Origin: Candidatus Aminicenantes bacterium
Lineage (GTDB): Bacteria > Acidobacteriota > Aminicenantia > S016-38
Length of the DNA: 64,000 nt
Assembly: GCA_026991555.1 (NCBI GenBank)
Contig: JALXBI010000050.1
Location: 245-64,244, forward strand
Direction of reading: 5' to 3'
Part shown: positions 1-7,785 of the stretch, piece by piece
How the letters are laid out: every line of letters begins with the position of its first letter
How positions within the stretch are numbered: the stretch's first letter is position 1
Made by a program: the position numbers and the translations under genes
The notes under the pieces: model-generated
What the model saw: only the letters and a program-made list of their open reading frames with translations
Databases searched by the model: none
Told to the model about the DNA's origin: nothing

Positions 1-27
1 GAAGCCAGAAAAAAGATAAGATACTAC

Positions 28-630
28 ATGGGGAAAGAGGAATTCAGGTGGGGTGAATGGACACTTCATGGAAATCCTCTTGATACAAAACCAAAAACAG
101 CTCTCAGAATTGATGATACAGAGTGGTTTTTAACAGGCGGTTTAGGAAGCGTTACATTATTAAGAGATATAGACGGAACCATCTACAAGATCGGTCATGC
201 TGCATTTGGACCCTACACTGTTTTAAGAGGTTTAAGAGATAATAAGTTTGATTTGTATGTGTTTGGAAAGCACATTCAAGACTTTGGAGGTTATAATTTG
301 AACTTTGCAGTTCTAAGACTCAGAGATGCTTACAAATACGGTTTTACCGGTTCTCAGGAAAGATACGATATTTACATGTTGGGGCTAGGCGGTGGCTCTA
401 TCCATGTATGGTTTGAAGTGCCGAAAGGTTATGAAGTTGTTGGTTTGATGCCTAGTATATCAAAAATTGTCCAAAAGGATAAAGATGGGGAAATCGTAAA
501 TGTATATGTTAGGGGAATGTATGTGGCATTGAAGAATAAAGAAACTGGGGAAGCATCTATCATTGGAGTTGGTGTTGGGGAGGATAAATATGGCATTTCC
601 GTGACTTTTCTCTTAGCCACGTCTAGGTGA
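28..630 (+). CDS. hypothetical protein, first gene of the low-GC accessory island; may extend 5' beyond the window edge
   Basis: ATG at 28 with an open frame back to position 1. No family recognised. The Gly-rich segment GVGVGEDKYGIS near the C-terminus loosely resembles a RAMP/Cas6 G-rich loop. Local GC is lower than the rest of the window by eye. Confidence 0.4.
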   Translation: MGKEEFRWGEWTLHGNPLDTKPKTALRIDDTEWFLTGGLGSVTLLRDIDGTIYKIGHAAFGPYTVLRGLRDNKFDLYVFGKHIQDFGGYNLNFAVLRLRDAYKYGFTGSQERYDIYMLGLGGGSIHVWFEVPKGYEVVGLMPSISKIVQKDKDGEIVNVYVRGMYVALKNKETGEASIIGVGVGEDKYGISVTFLLATSR

Positions 631-2228
631 AAAGGATGGTAATAGTTTTCCAAATTGATCTAGTGGGTGGTGAAACAGGAAAGAATCGACACTTGACACG
701 AGAAACAACAAAAACCCAACTCTCTCAACTCGAACAAGAACTTCGAGGATATGGCTTCACTAACGAAGAAATTAAATTCATAATAAGCAGTCCGGAATTC
801 GTTAGAGATATTTTAGTGGCTTATCTTAACCTGAAAAAACGAGGAGTAGATAAGAAAACTTTACCTAAGCAGGTTCTTGATCAGCTTAATCTTCCAGCTA
901 ATCCACCAGCTTTTATTCCAATGGGATATGTAAATATAGCAAATCCTCTGGTTCTTTATTCTCAGTTGGTAAACCGTTTTGTTGATAAATTTCAAAAAAT
1001 GGAGAGCGAAGGAAAAAATTTAGCATCTCTCCAAAACCTCATAGAACAAAGATTTTCATTCAAACTGGATGGTGAAAGGGTTTGGATTTATCTAAGTAAA
1101 GGAGAGGAAGGAAAGGCAATGGAGCAGGAGAAATGGAAATTCCGCATACCACCAGGATTACGCAAGAGCAACCCGGATTTGGCTCGGTTTTTTGATTTAA
1201 GCAATAAATTCAATATTGATGCGAGATCATGGATTGAGAATCCAGAAGAAGCGGCTAAGCAGTTTAATGATGAGGTTAGAAAGAGATTATTTAAAAAGAC
1301 TGAAAAGAAACCCGATTTAGTATTACACTTCGCAGAAATGTTCAAAGATATTAAATCAGATAAATTCCAACCTAAAAATTATGAAAGAGAACTAACATTC
1401 ATACGCGTGTTCTCCGAGTTTGATAATGCTGGAAAGTCAAAGCATAAGGACTATGTTAGAACCTATGTTTTAATACCTCTTGCAACAGGAGAAGCAACTG
1501 GAACTCAATTACTGAAAAGGGCAAAAGGTGATTTAAAGACTCTATTAGGACTTAAGGACGAAGATATTAACAAAATGGGTAAAACCGAACTTCTTATAAT
1601 GTGGGGAATTGTGAAAGGAGAGTATAACTGGTACTCATCTGTTCTTGGAGAGAGATTAGCAAAACTTGCACTCCGCTATCTTTACAGAGCAGATAAACGC
1701 CTAAATAAACGCTTTTTATCTTCTCTGAATTATCCTCCTGAAGAATATGGAAAAGAATATGAAATAGCAGTTGAGTTAGTTAAGTTTGATGTTAAGAATA
1801 GAAAGTTAAGTAAAAAAGATGGTAAACTTTTAGTAGTAGCACTAGCTAAGAAACTTACAGAAGATGCTTCCTTCTTTGTTAAAAATAAAACACTAACTCC
1901 AGATGAAGCGGCTTCCATGTTAAATGGATATATCTCCACAGTAGGAAAACTCTTTGGAAAGGATGTTGGGGATTTAGTCAAAGGAGCAATTCTAAGAACA
2001 TTGATACAGCTTGGAATGGAAGAAGTAACAGGTAAAATGCTTGATTTATCGTTGTCCAGATTCTTCAATAAAGACGGTTCTATAAAGAAAATCTCTGAGC
2101 AAGATGCAAAGGAAATTTTAGAAGAGTTAAATTTTGTCTTAGAAATGCCTCTCCCAGTAGGTCCAAACCGTCAAAACCAAATTTTCCCTCTGTTTCAGAA
2201 TTCAGCGTGGAACATTCTTTATTTGTAA
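627..2228 (+). CDS. hypothetical 533-aa protein, translationally coupled to the upstream ORF; no recognisable catalytic motif
   Basis: The start overlaps the stop of the previous gene (GTGA; GTG at 627 or ATG at 636). The ORF is long, AT-rich and uninterrupted, and predicted soluble. Confidence 0.4.
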   Translation: MKRMVIVFQIDLVGGETGKNRHLTRETTKTQLSQLEQELRGYGFTNEEIKFIISSPEFVRDILVAYLNLKKRGVDKKTLPKQVLDQLNLPANPPAFIPMGYVNIANPLVLYSQLVNRFVDKFQKMESEGKNLASLQNLIEQRFSFKLDGERVWIYLSKGEEGKAMEQEKWKFRIPPGLRKSNPDLARFFDLSNKFNIDARSWIENPEEAAKQFNDEVRKRLFKKTEKKPDLVLHFAEMFKDIKSDKFQPKNYERELTFIRVFSEFDNAGKSKHKDYVRTYVLIPLATGEATGTQLLKRAKGDLKTLLGLKDEDINKMGKTELLIMWGIVKGEYNWYSSVLGERLAKLALRYLYRADKRLNKRFLSSLNYPPEEYGKEYEIAVELVKFDVKNRKLSKKDGKLLVVALAKKLTEDASFFVKNKTLTPDEAASMLNGYISTVGKLFGKDVGDLVKGAILRTLIQLGMEEVTGKMLDLSLSRFFNKDGSIKKISEQDAKEILEELNFVLEMPLPVGPNRQNQIFPLFQNSAWNILYL

Positions 2229-2471
2229 ATATCTCCCCTGGCGCCTATGTAATCCACATAGATGGAGTTTTCCTCCTCTTCCATCCAGAAAATTACCCTG
2301 TATTTCCCAACTCTGAACCTCATATACCCTTCCCATTCTCCAACCATCTTTTTCACCCTAAGAGTTTTAAAATCACCCTCAGCAAGGAGCAGGAGTCGTT
2401 GTTTGATTTTTTATCTCTGTGATGGGGCAAGTCTCTTCAGAAAACTGGCTGCTCGTGGGTGAACTTTTACT

Positions 2472-2663
2472 TTATATTTCTGCAAGGTTCACATAAGCGT
2501 TGGGGTCCTTTCTTTCCTTTTTGGCCTTTTTCAGGTGCTCTTTTACTTCCTCTTCAAGGTCCAGGCCCAGAAGTTCCTCTATTTTCTTGTATTCTTTCCA
2601 GGGAATGATTATCTCCGCAGGTTTTCCCTTTTCGTCGTAAATTATTTTCTTGTGAATCTTCAT
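2472..2663 (-). CDS. small antitoxin-like protein (Phd/YefM- or AbrB-like, uncertain), orphan
   Basis: An internal start MKIHKK is preceded by GGAGG. The KIIYDEKGKPAEIIIPWKEYKKIEELLG pattern resembles the DNA-binding antitoxin families. Confidence 0.3.
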   Translation of the reverse strand: MKIHKKIIYDEKGKPAEIIIPWKEYKKIEELLGLDLEEEVKEHLKKAKKERKDPNAYVNLAEI

Positions 2664-2827
2664 TCCTCTTCCTCCAGATACATTATACCATCTTCCCACC
2701 ATGCACGAAAAGGCACTGAGCCTCTCTTCCCTAAAAAGCGAAAAGGGAACAGACCATGAACCAAAGGTTCGGGCAAATTTTATTTGATTTTTTCATACAT
2801 TATCATATAATATATGAGGAAGTAATC

Positions 2828-3055
2828 ATGGTGAGAAAAACTGTTAACATTAGCGAAGATTTAATAAAAGAACTCAAGGTATATGCCAGGAAGGAATCCA
2901 GGGATTTTTCCAGCGCATTGAGGCACATCTTAAGGATAGGTCTTCTTGCCCTTCAGAACCCGGAACTTACAGCCAGGGAAATAATGGATATTCTGGAAGC
3001 AAAAGCGGAACTGGAAGAAGGTCTGATAGAGGAATTTACCCTTGAAGATATTTGA
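2828..3055 (+). CDS. ribbon-helix-helix (CopG-like) antitoxin
   Basis: ATG at 2828 (MVRKTVNISEDLIKELKVYARKE...). Short and basic, and it overlaps the following RelE-like gene by 14 nt. Confidence 0.55.
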   Translation: MVRKTVNISEDLIKELKVYARKESRDFSSALRHILRIGLLALQNPELTAREIMDILEAKAELEEGLIEEFTLEDI

Positions 3056-3269
3056 AACGAGAAAATTTCGGCAGTTGAGGAAAAAAATCAGGGATGATAG
3101 GGAGAAGCAAGCCCTTAAGAGGGCAATATTGGAGATCGTCCAGAACCCCCTGGCTGGCAAGAAGTTGAAGGGGGAATTCAAGGAATTTCGCAGTTTCCGA
3201 TATTTTTCCAGGGGCCAAGAAAGGAGACTTATCTATAAATACGAAAATCAGGCGCTTTACCTTATCTAA
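3042..3269 (+). CDS. relE: RelE/ParE-family toxin, C-terminus apparently truncated
   Basis: MKIFETRKF...LEIVQNPLAGKKLKGEFKEFRSFRY...RLIYKYENQALYLI matches the RelE/ParE pattern, but it stops before the usual C-terminal ighRkdvY segment. The last codons lie inside repeat block A1. Confidence 0.55.
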   Translation: MKIFETRKFRQLRKKIRDDREKQALKRAILEIVQNPLAGKKLKGEFKEFRSFRYFSRGQERRLIYKYENQALYLI

Positions 3270-3329
3270 AATTTTCTCTACTGGAGTTCTACATTCTATC
3301 AGTCCATTTTGCCCTGGAAGTAAAGTTCT
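3230..3329. repeat. split direct repeat copy A (38-nt block 3230-3267 and 31-nt block 3299-3329)
   Basis: Block 1 is tatctataaatacgaaaatcaggcgctttaccttatct. Block 2 is tcagtccattttgccctggaagtaaagttct. Both recur at 4284-4387. Confidence 0.7.
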
Positions 3330-3342
3330 GTGTCCCCAATCA

Positions 3343-3360
3343 GGGACAGGTCCGATTTTG
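3343..3360 (-). repeat. single inverted copy of the GGAC-CT-GTCC short-repeat family
   Basis: gggacaggtccgattttg is the near reverse complement of aaaattcggacctgtccc, which is repeated at 53251-53327 and 57560-57776. Confidence 0.5.
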
Positions 3361-3400
3361 ACCTTCCAATAAATCGGGTGACTCATGATAAAATAGTCTT

Positions 3401-3679
3401 ATGAAGGAAAAGAGATTAAAGGAGCTTATAGAAAAAAATAAGCCTCTTTTCTGGTGGATTAAGGAACCGGATAAAATAAGCGAAGAACTGGTGGTTGAGA
3501 CTATTCTAAACTACGGAACCAGAGAGAGCGTAAAGGAGCTTTTTGAAATTCTTGGAACGGAAAGGGTGGCGGAGATATTCTTTTCTCAGATAAAAAGAAA
3601 GAGGAAGAATTACCATCCGAGAACCATAAATTTTTTCACCCTTTATTTCAGCCATGCACGAAGAGATTCTAACACCTGA
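3401..3679 (+). CDS. small partner protein of the AbiEii-like toxin (putative antitoxin)
   Basis: ATG at 3401. Overlaps the downstream nucleotidyltransferase gene by 26 nt. Basic C-terminus. Confidence 0.3.
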   Translation: MKEKRLKELIEKNKPLFWWIKEPDKISEELVVETILNYGTRESVKELFEILGTERVAEIFFSQIKRKRKNYHPRTINFFTLYFSHARRDSNT

Positions 3680-4268
3680 ACAGAGCGAACTCCTCCCCTT
3701 GCTGAAGATGTTTTCCGAAGAATTTTATCTTGCTGGAGGAACTGCAATAGCTCTTTACCTCGGCCATAGAAGGTCCATTGATTTTGACCTTTTCACGAAA
3801 AAACTTCATCCCATGAGGGTAAAGAACAGGATAAAAAAATCAGGGTTCAATGTGGATAGCATAATATTTGAAAGCAGCGAGGAGCTCCACTTGGTGGTAA
3901 ACTCTGTCAAAATAAGTTTTGTGGAGTTTCCCTTTGATATTCCTCCTCCTGTGCTTTTCAAAGACATCATTACCCTTCCCTCCCTTTTAGATCTTGCAGC
4001 GATGAAGGCTTACGCTCTGGGAAGCAGGGCTAAATGGAAGGACTATGTGGATTTTTATTTTCTTTTAAAATACAAATTCACGGTGGAAGAAATCATAAAA
4101 AGGGCAAAGGAGATATTCTCAGGCTATTTCAACAGTAAGCTTTTCCTTGAACAATTGGCTTATTTTGAGGATATAGATTACAGCGAAAATGTGGATTTTA
4201 TAAAAGAGGCTCCTTCTGATGAGGAGATAAAGGAATTTTTAAGGGAGGTTTCCCTGCAGGATTTTTAG
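3654..4268 (+). CDS. AbiEii/AbiGii-family nucleotidyltransferase toxin (type IV TA / abortive-infection family)
   Basis: The N-terminal YLAGGTAIALYLGHRRSIDFDLF motif is typical of this nucleotidyltransferase family. Confidence 0.6.
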   Translation: MHEEILTPEQSELLPLLKMFSEEFYLAGGTAIALYLGHRRSIDFDLFTKKLHPMRVKNRIKKSGFNVDSIIFESSEELHLVVNSVKISFVEFPFDIPPPVLFKDIITLPSLLDLAAMKAYALGSRAKWKDYVDFYFLLKYKFTVEEIIKRAKEIFSGYFNSKLFLEQLAYFEDIDYSENVDFIKEAPSDEEIKEFLREVSLQDF

Positions 4269-4283
4269 CCCCCTTGCAAAGCC

Positions 4284-4387
4284 TATCTATAAATACGAAA
4301 ATCAGGCACTATACCTTATCTCCTTTGGTCCCAGGGAGAAGATTCTTTTTATAATCTCAGTCCATTTTGCCCTGGAAGTAAAGTTCT
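4284..4387. repeat. split direct repeat copy B (block 4284-4321, 36/38 identical to A1; block 4357-4387, 31/31 identical to A2)
   Basis: Direct comparison with 3230-3329. The internal spacers differ (31 vs 35 nt). Block B2 overlaps the stop of the minus-strand gene 4357..6132. Confidence 0.7.
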
Positions 4388-6132
4388 ATGCCCTTTACCG
4401 CCCGTAGGCCGTCGGCTATGGCTGATATGGCATCCGCCACCCTGTTGGCCACATCTCCTCCTGCGAATATCCCTTCCACCGAGGTCATCTGCCGGTGGTT
4501 TACCTTTATTCTTCCCCTTTCCACTTCCATTTTCTCGGCTATTTCCGGGGGAAGGAAACTCAGGTCAGCCTGCTGGCCTATGGCAACTATTATCCTGTCC
4601 ACCACAAGCTCGTATTCCTCCCCTTCTATAAGAACAGGTTTGGGCCTCTTTCCTGGCCCCTGGTCCACCATTTTCGCCTTTCCGTAAACCAGTTTGACTT
4701 TACCTTCAGGGGCATCCTCTACCCTTATGGGGATAATCTTTTCCCATATCCTCACCCCTTCTTCCTCTGCCCCTTCAATTTCCTCGTGGTCTGCGGGCAT
4801 ATCCACCTTGCGGCGGCGATAGGCTATGGTAACTTCGGCTCCCAGTCTGCGGGAAACCCTGGCAGCATCCATGGCCACATCCCCTCCACCTATGACCACC
4901 ACCTCTTTCCCAACCTCCACAGGTTCTTTGAAGTTAATCTTTCTGAGAAAATCTATGGCATAGATTACATTAGGATGGTCTTCTCCGGGAACCCCTAAGG
5001 TCCAGGGTTTCATAAGTCCAACCCCTATGTATATGGCATGGTGTTTTTTCATGAGTTCCCTGAACCTCTCCTGGTCCACGAAATAGTTAAGCTTAAGTTC
5101 CACACCCTGGCTAAGTATGAAATCCACTTGTTTTTTAAGGGATGGGAAGGGGAAGCGGTATTTGGGAATTCCCGCCATGGTCATGCCGCCCGCCTCAGGC
5201 ATGGCCTCGTAAACGGTTACCTTGTATCCCCGAAGGGCAAGGTAGTAGGCGGCGGTGAGCCCCCCAGGGCCTGCCCCTATTATTCCCACGGATTTGTCCT
5301 TGGGCTCTGCCTTCTTAACCTTTATTACCTGCTTCAGGTCAGAGAACCTTTCAGTGGCAAACCTCTTGAGCCATCTTATGGCAACGGGGTCGCCCTCGTG
5401 GCCTAAGGAACAATAGGATTCGCACCTTCTGGTGCAGACCTTTCCGCAGAGCTCCGCAAAGGGGTTGTTCTCATACATGATGTTCACGGACCTGGCGTAT
5501 TCCCCAGAGGCTATGGCCCTTATGTAATCGGGTATGTGCATGCGGTCAGGACATCCGGCTATACAGAGGCCACATCCCACGCAGCGGTCCGCCTCCCTGC
5601 GGGCCTCCTCCTCGGCATACCCCAGGACCACCTCGGCAAAGGTCTCCACCCTTTCTTCCGGAGGAAGTTCCCTCATGGGAACCCTGTGGTAATCGGTGAA
5701 ACTGTGCTCCTTGTCCTTCCTGTATCCCTTTTCCTTTTTCTCAAATCCCTTTATGTGATAACCGGGTATGTAAACGAAGTCGTCGGGGGTTTCCCTTACC
5801 CAAATGTATTCGTTGGTCATTCTCAAGGAGGTGGTGGGACACGAGTCCACGCAAAGGCCGCACCAGCAACACCTTCCGTAATCAATTCTGGGACGGAAGC
5901 CTGAATCCCCCTTCTTGGGCTCTATTCCCTCCACAGGGACCATATCTATGGCTTCATTGGGACAGACTGCGGCGCATGTTCCGCACCCTATGCATTTTTC
6001 AAGGTCATTTACATGGAATCCCCTGTATCTTTCGGCAGCCTCCCTGGAAACCTTGGGAACGAGGATGGTATGGGGCCTTTTGGCTATCTGCCTCCAGGCA
6101 CCTAAGGGTTTTAAAACTTCTTTGAGTCCCAT
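4357..6132 (-). CDS. fusion protein: NuoI/MbxN-like 2x[4Fe-4S] ferredoxin plus GltD/NfnB/SudA-like NAD(P)H-dependent FAD oxidoreductase
   Basis: N-terminus has CIGCGTCAAVCP and CCWCGLCVDSCP (a NuoI-type dicluster). Next come CVGCGLCIAGCP and CGKVCTRRCESYC (GltD N-terminal Fe-S region). Then GIIGAGPGGLTAAYYL (FAD Rossmann fold) and VVVIGGGDVAMDAA (NAD(P)H Rossmann fold). RBS AGGGAGG lies upstream. Confidence 0.7.
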   Translation of the reverse strand: MGLKEVLKPLGAWRQIAKRPHTILVPKVSREAAERYRGFHVNDLEKCIGCGTCAAVCPNEAIDMVPVEGIEPKKGDSGFRPRIDYGRCCWCGLCVDSCPTTSLRMTNEYIWVRETPDDFVYIPGYHIKGFEKKEKGYRKDKEHSFTDYHRVPMRELPPEERVETFAEVVLGYAEEEARREADRCVGCGLCIAGCPDRMHIPDYIRAIASGEYARSVNIMYENNPFAELCGKVCTRRCESYCSLGHEGDPVAIRWLKRFATERFSDLKQVIKVKKAEPKDKSVGIIGAGPGGLTAAYYLALRGYKVTVYEAMPEAGGMTMAGIPKYRFPFPSLKKQVDFILSQGVELKLNYFVDQERFRELMKKHHAIYIGVGLMKPWTLGVPGEDHPNVIYAIDFLRKINFKEPVEVGKEVVVIGGGDVAMDAARVSRRLGAEVTIAYRRRKVDMPADHEEIEGAEEEGVRIWEKIIPIRVEDAPEGKVKLVYGKAKMVDQGPGKRPKPVLIEGEEYELVVDRIIVAIGQQADLSFLPPEIAEKMEVERGRIKVNHRQMTSVEGIFAGGDVANRVADAISAIADGLRAVKGIELYFQGKMD

Positions 6133-6142
6133 TTTTTCCTCC

Positions 6143-7258
6143 CTATCTTTCCATTTCAGGCGGACAGGTCTGAAGGGAAACCATTATGGGCGCAACATCC
6201 GCTATGTTCTGCCCAACCAGCAACCTTTCAAGAAGGGTTATGCCGTGGACGAAGGAGGGTCCGTTGACATGAACCCTTCTGGGCTTGTCAGAGCCGTCGC
6301 TCACCATGTAGTAGCCGAATTCCCCCCTGGTGGCCTCGGATTTAACATAGGTTTCCCCAGGTGGAATTTTCCAGTAAAGGACATTGGGGAGCCGGGCAAG
6401 GAATTCTCCCTTGGGCATTTTCTCTATAATTTGCCTTATAAGGTTTATGCTCAGGTCTATTTCCCTTCGCCTTACAAGGAGCATGGCCCAGGCATCGCAG
6501 CCATCCTCTGTTATCACATCAAAATCAAGGTATGGATAAGCCTCGTAAGGATGGTCCTTCCTCACATCGTAGGGGAAACCACATGCCCTGGCCACAGGAC
6601 CGGTTATCCCCATCTCGTCCACCCAGTCCCTGGGAATTTTCGCAAGCCCCTTCAGCCTCTTCTGCACCACGGCATTTTCCATTATTATCTCGTCGTATTC
6701 AGGAAGCCTCTGCTCTATAATGTCCATTAACTTAAGAACCCTCTCCTCAAAGCCCTCGGGAAGGTCCTTCCTTACCCCTCCTGGCATTATGTAAATGTGA
6801 TAAATTCTTCCTCCTGTGAGTTCCTCAAAGAGGTCAAGGATGTAATCCCTGTCCCCAATTCCCCACTGCACAGGGGTGGAAAGTCCCATGGAGCCTGCTA
6901 TCCCTCCATACCACATGATGAACATCTGGAGGCGGGAAAGTTCAAGGACTAAGGTCCTTATCCACTTTGCCCTTTCAGGAATCTCTATGCCGGCCAGTTC
7001 CTCAAGGCCCCTGGCAAAGTTTTCCTCGTTGGTGTCAGGCTCTGGAACGCAAATTCTGCAGACTAAGGGGAAGCTTTTTATGTAAATACGCCTTTCCATT
7101 AATTTCTCAAATCCCCGGTGGAGGTATCCTATGTGGGTTTTTGCCCAGGTTATAGTATCCCCTTTAAGGAGAACCTCCACGCTCATGTTTCCGGTTACCC
7201 CTGGATGCTGGGGACCTATGAAGAGTCTTACTTCTTCCTTGCTCATTTTCTTCTCCAT
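6143..7258 (-). CDS. NuoD/[NiFe]-hydrogenase large-subunit homologue (MbxL/MbsL-like), incomplete NiFe ligand motifs
   Basis: FIGPQHPG...HIGYLHRGFEKL is the NuoD/EchE signature. The N-terminal motif is CRIC, followed by VPEP rather than the usual xxxH. The C-terminus ends QTCPPEMER instead of DPCxxCxxH/R. Confidence 0.75.
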   Translation of the reverse strand: MEKKMSKEEVRLFIGPQHPGVTGNMSVEVLLKGDTITWAKTHIGYLHRGFEKLMERRIYIKSFPLVCRICVPEPDTNEENFARGLEELAGIEIPERAKWIRTLVLELSRLQMFIMWYGGIAGSMGLSTPVQWGIGDRDYILDLFEELTGGRIYHIYIMPGGVRKDLPEGFEERVLKLMDIIEQRLPEYDEIIMENAVVQKRLKGLAKIPRDWVDEMGITGPVARACGFPYDVRKDHPYEAYPYLDFDVITEDGCDAWAMLLVRRREIDLSINLIRQIIEKMPKGEFLARLPNVLYWKIPPGETYVKSEATRGEFGYYMVSDGSDKPRRVHVNGPSFVHGITLLERLLVGQNIADVAPIMVSLQTCPPEMER

Positions 7259-7785
7259 TCGTCGTATTGCTCGGAAATCTGCTTTCTTATGATTATCCCG
7301 CTCTTGGGCTCCCTTTCCCCGAACTTCTCCATGGAATACTTCAGGGTATCAAAATCCCTTCTCATGGGTGGAATATCGTCCCAGTCCTCAAGGATGAGTT
7401 CCTCATGCTGGGTGGGATTCCCCTCAAAATCCACCCCGAACATCTCGTGAATCTCCCTTTCGTAGGCCTCTGCCTGGGGCCAGATTTTGTATATGGTCTG
7501 AAACTTAGGAGCCTCCCGGGGAATTTTCGTCTTAACCAATATGTTGTGCTTCTTTGAGGGATTCCACAGGTTATAGACCAGTTCAAATTTCCCCTCCTCT
7601 ATCCAGTCCACGCAGGAAATCATCACCAGGGTTTTATACCCCTCGTATTCTTTAAGGTAAACAAGGAGAGGAATGAGGTCCTTTTCTGTGGTCCCGACCA
7701 GGGCCAGATCCTCTCTTTTTTCCTGGCTCTGGAGAATCTCAAATTTTTCCTTCAATTTATCCAAAATCTCCATTTTCCACCTCAC
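7243..7785 (-). CDS. NuoC/MbxK-like subunit
   Basis: 180 aa, NADH dehydrogenase 30-kDa subunit-like. Sits between the small- and large-subunit genes. Confidence 0.7.
   Translation of the reverse strand: MRWKMEILDKLKEKFEILQSQEKREDLALVGTTEKDLIPLLVYLKEYEGYKTLVMISCVDWIEEGKFELVYNLWNPSKKHNILVKTKIPREAPKFQTIYKIWPQAEAYEREIHEMFGVDFEGNPTQHEELILEDWDDIPPMRRDFDTLKYSMEKFGEREPKSGIIIRKQISEQYDEWRRK

Noticed and set aside
2457-2490. Inverted repeat GTGAAC-N22-GTTCAC between convergent genes, considered as a terminator or Rex box
   Set aside because: The loop is far too long for an intrinsic terminator. The spacing is incompatible with the Rex consensus. It overlaps the 3' end of the antitoxin-like gene.
2930-3386. 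Minus-strand ORFs 2930..3181 and 3036..3386 overlapping the RHH/RelE genes
   Set aside because: They are antisense to a coherent toxin-antitoxin pair and have no family resemblance.
4357-4390. C-terminus IELYFQGKMD resembling a TEV protease site (ENLYFQG)
   Set aside because: Coincidental. The sequence is embedded in native context and duplicated as part of a 31-bp repeat. There is no vector or tag sequence around it.
4388-6730. Several plus-strand ORFs (4388..4687, 4495..4998, 5038..5406, 5536..5904, 5915..6730) overlapping the large minus-strand genes
   Set aside because: Low-complexity Pro/Gly/His-rich translations of the antisense strand of well-supported genes. Treated as spurious.
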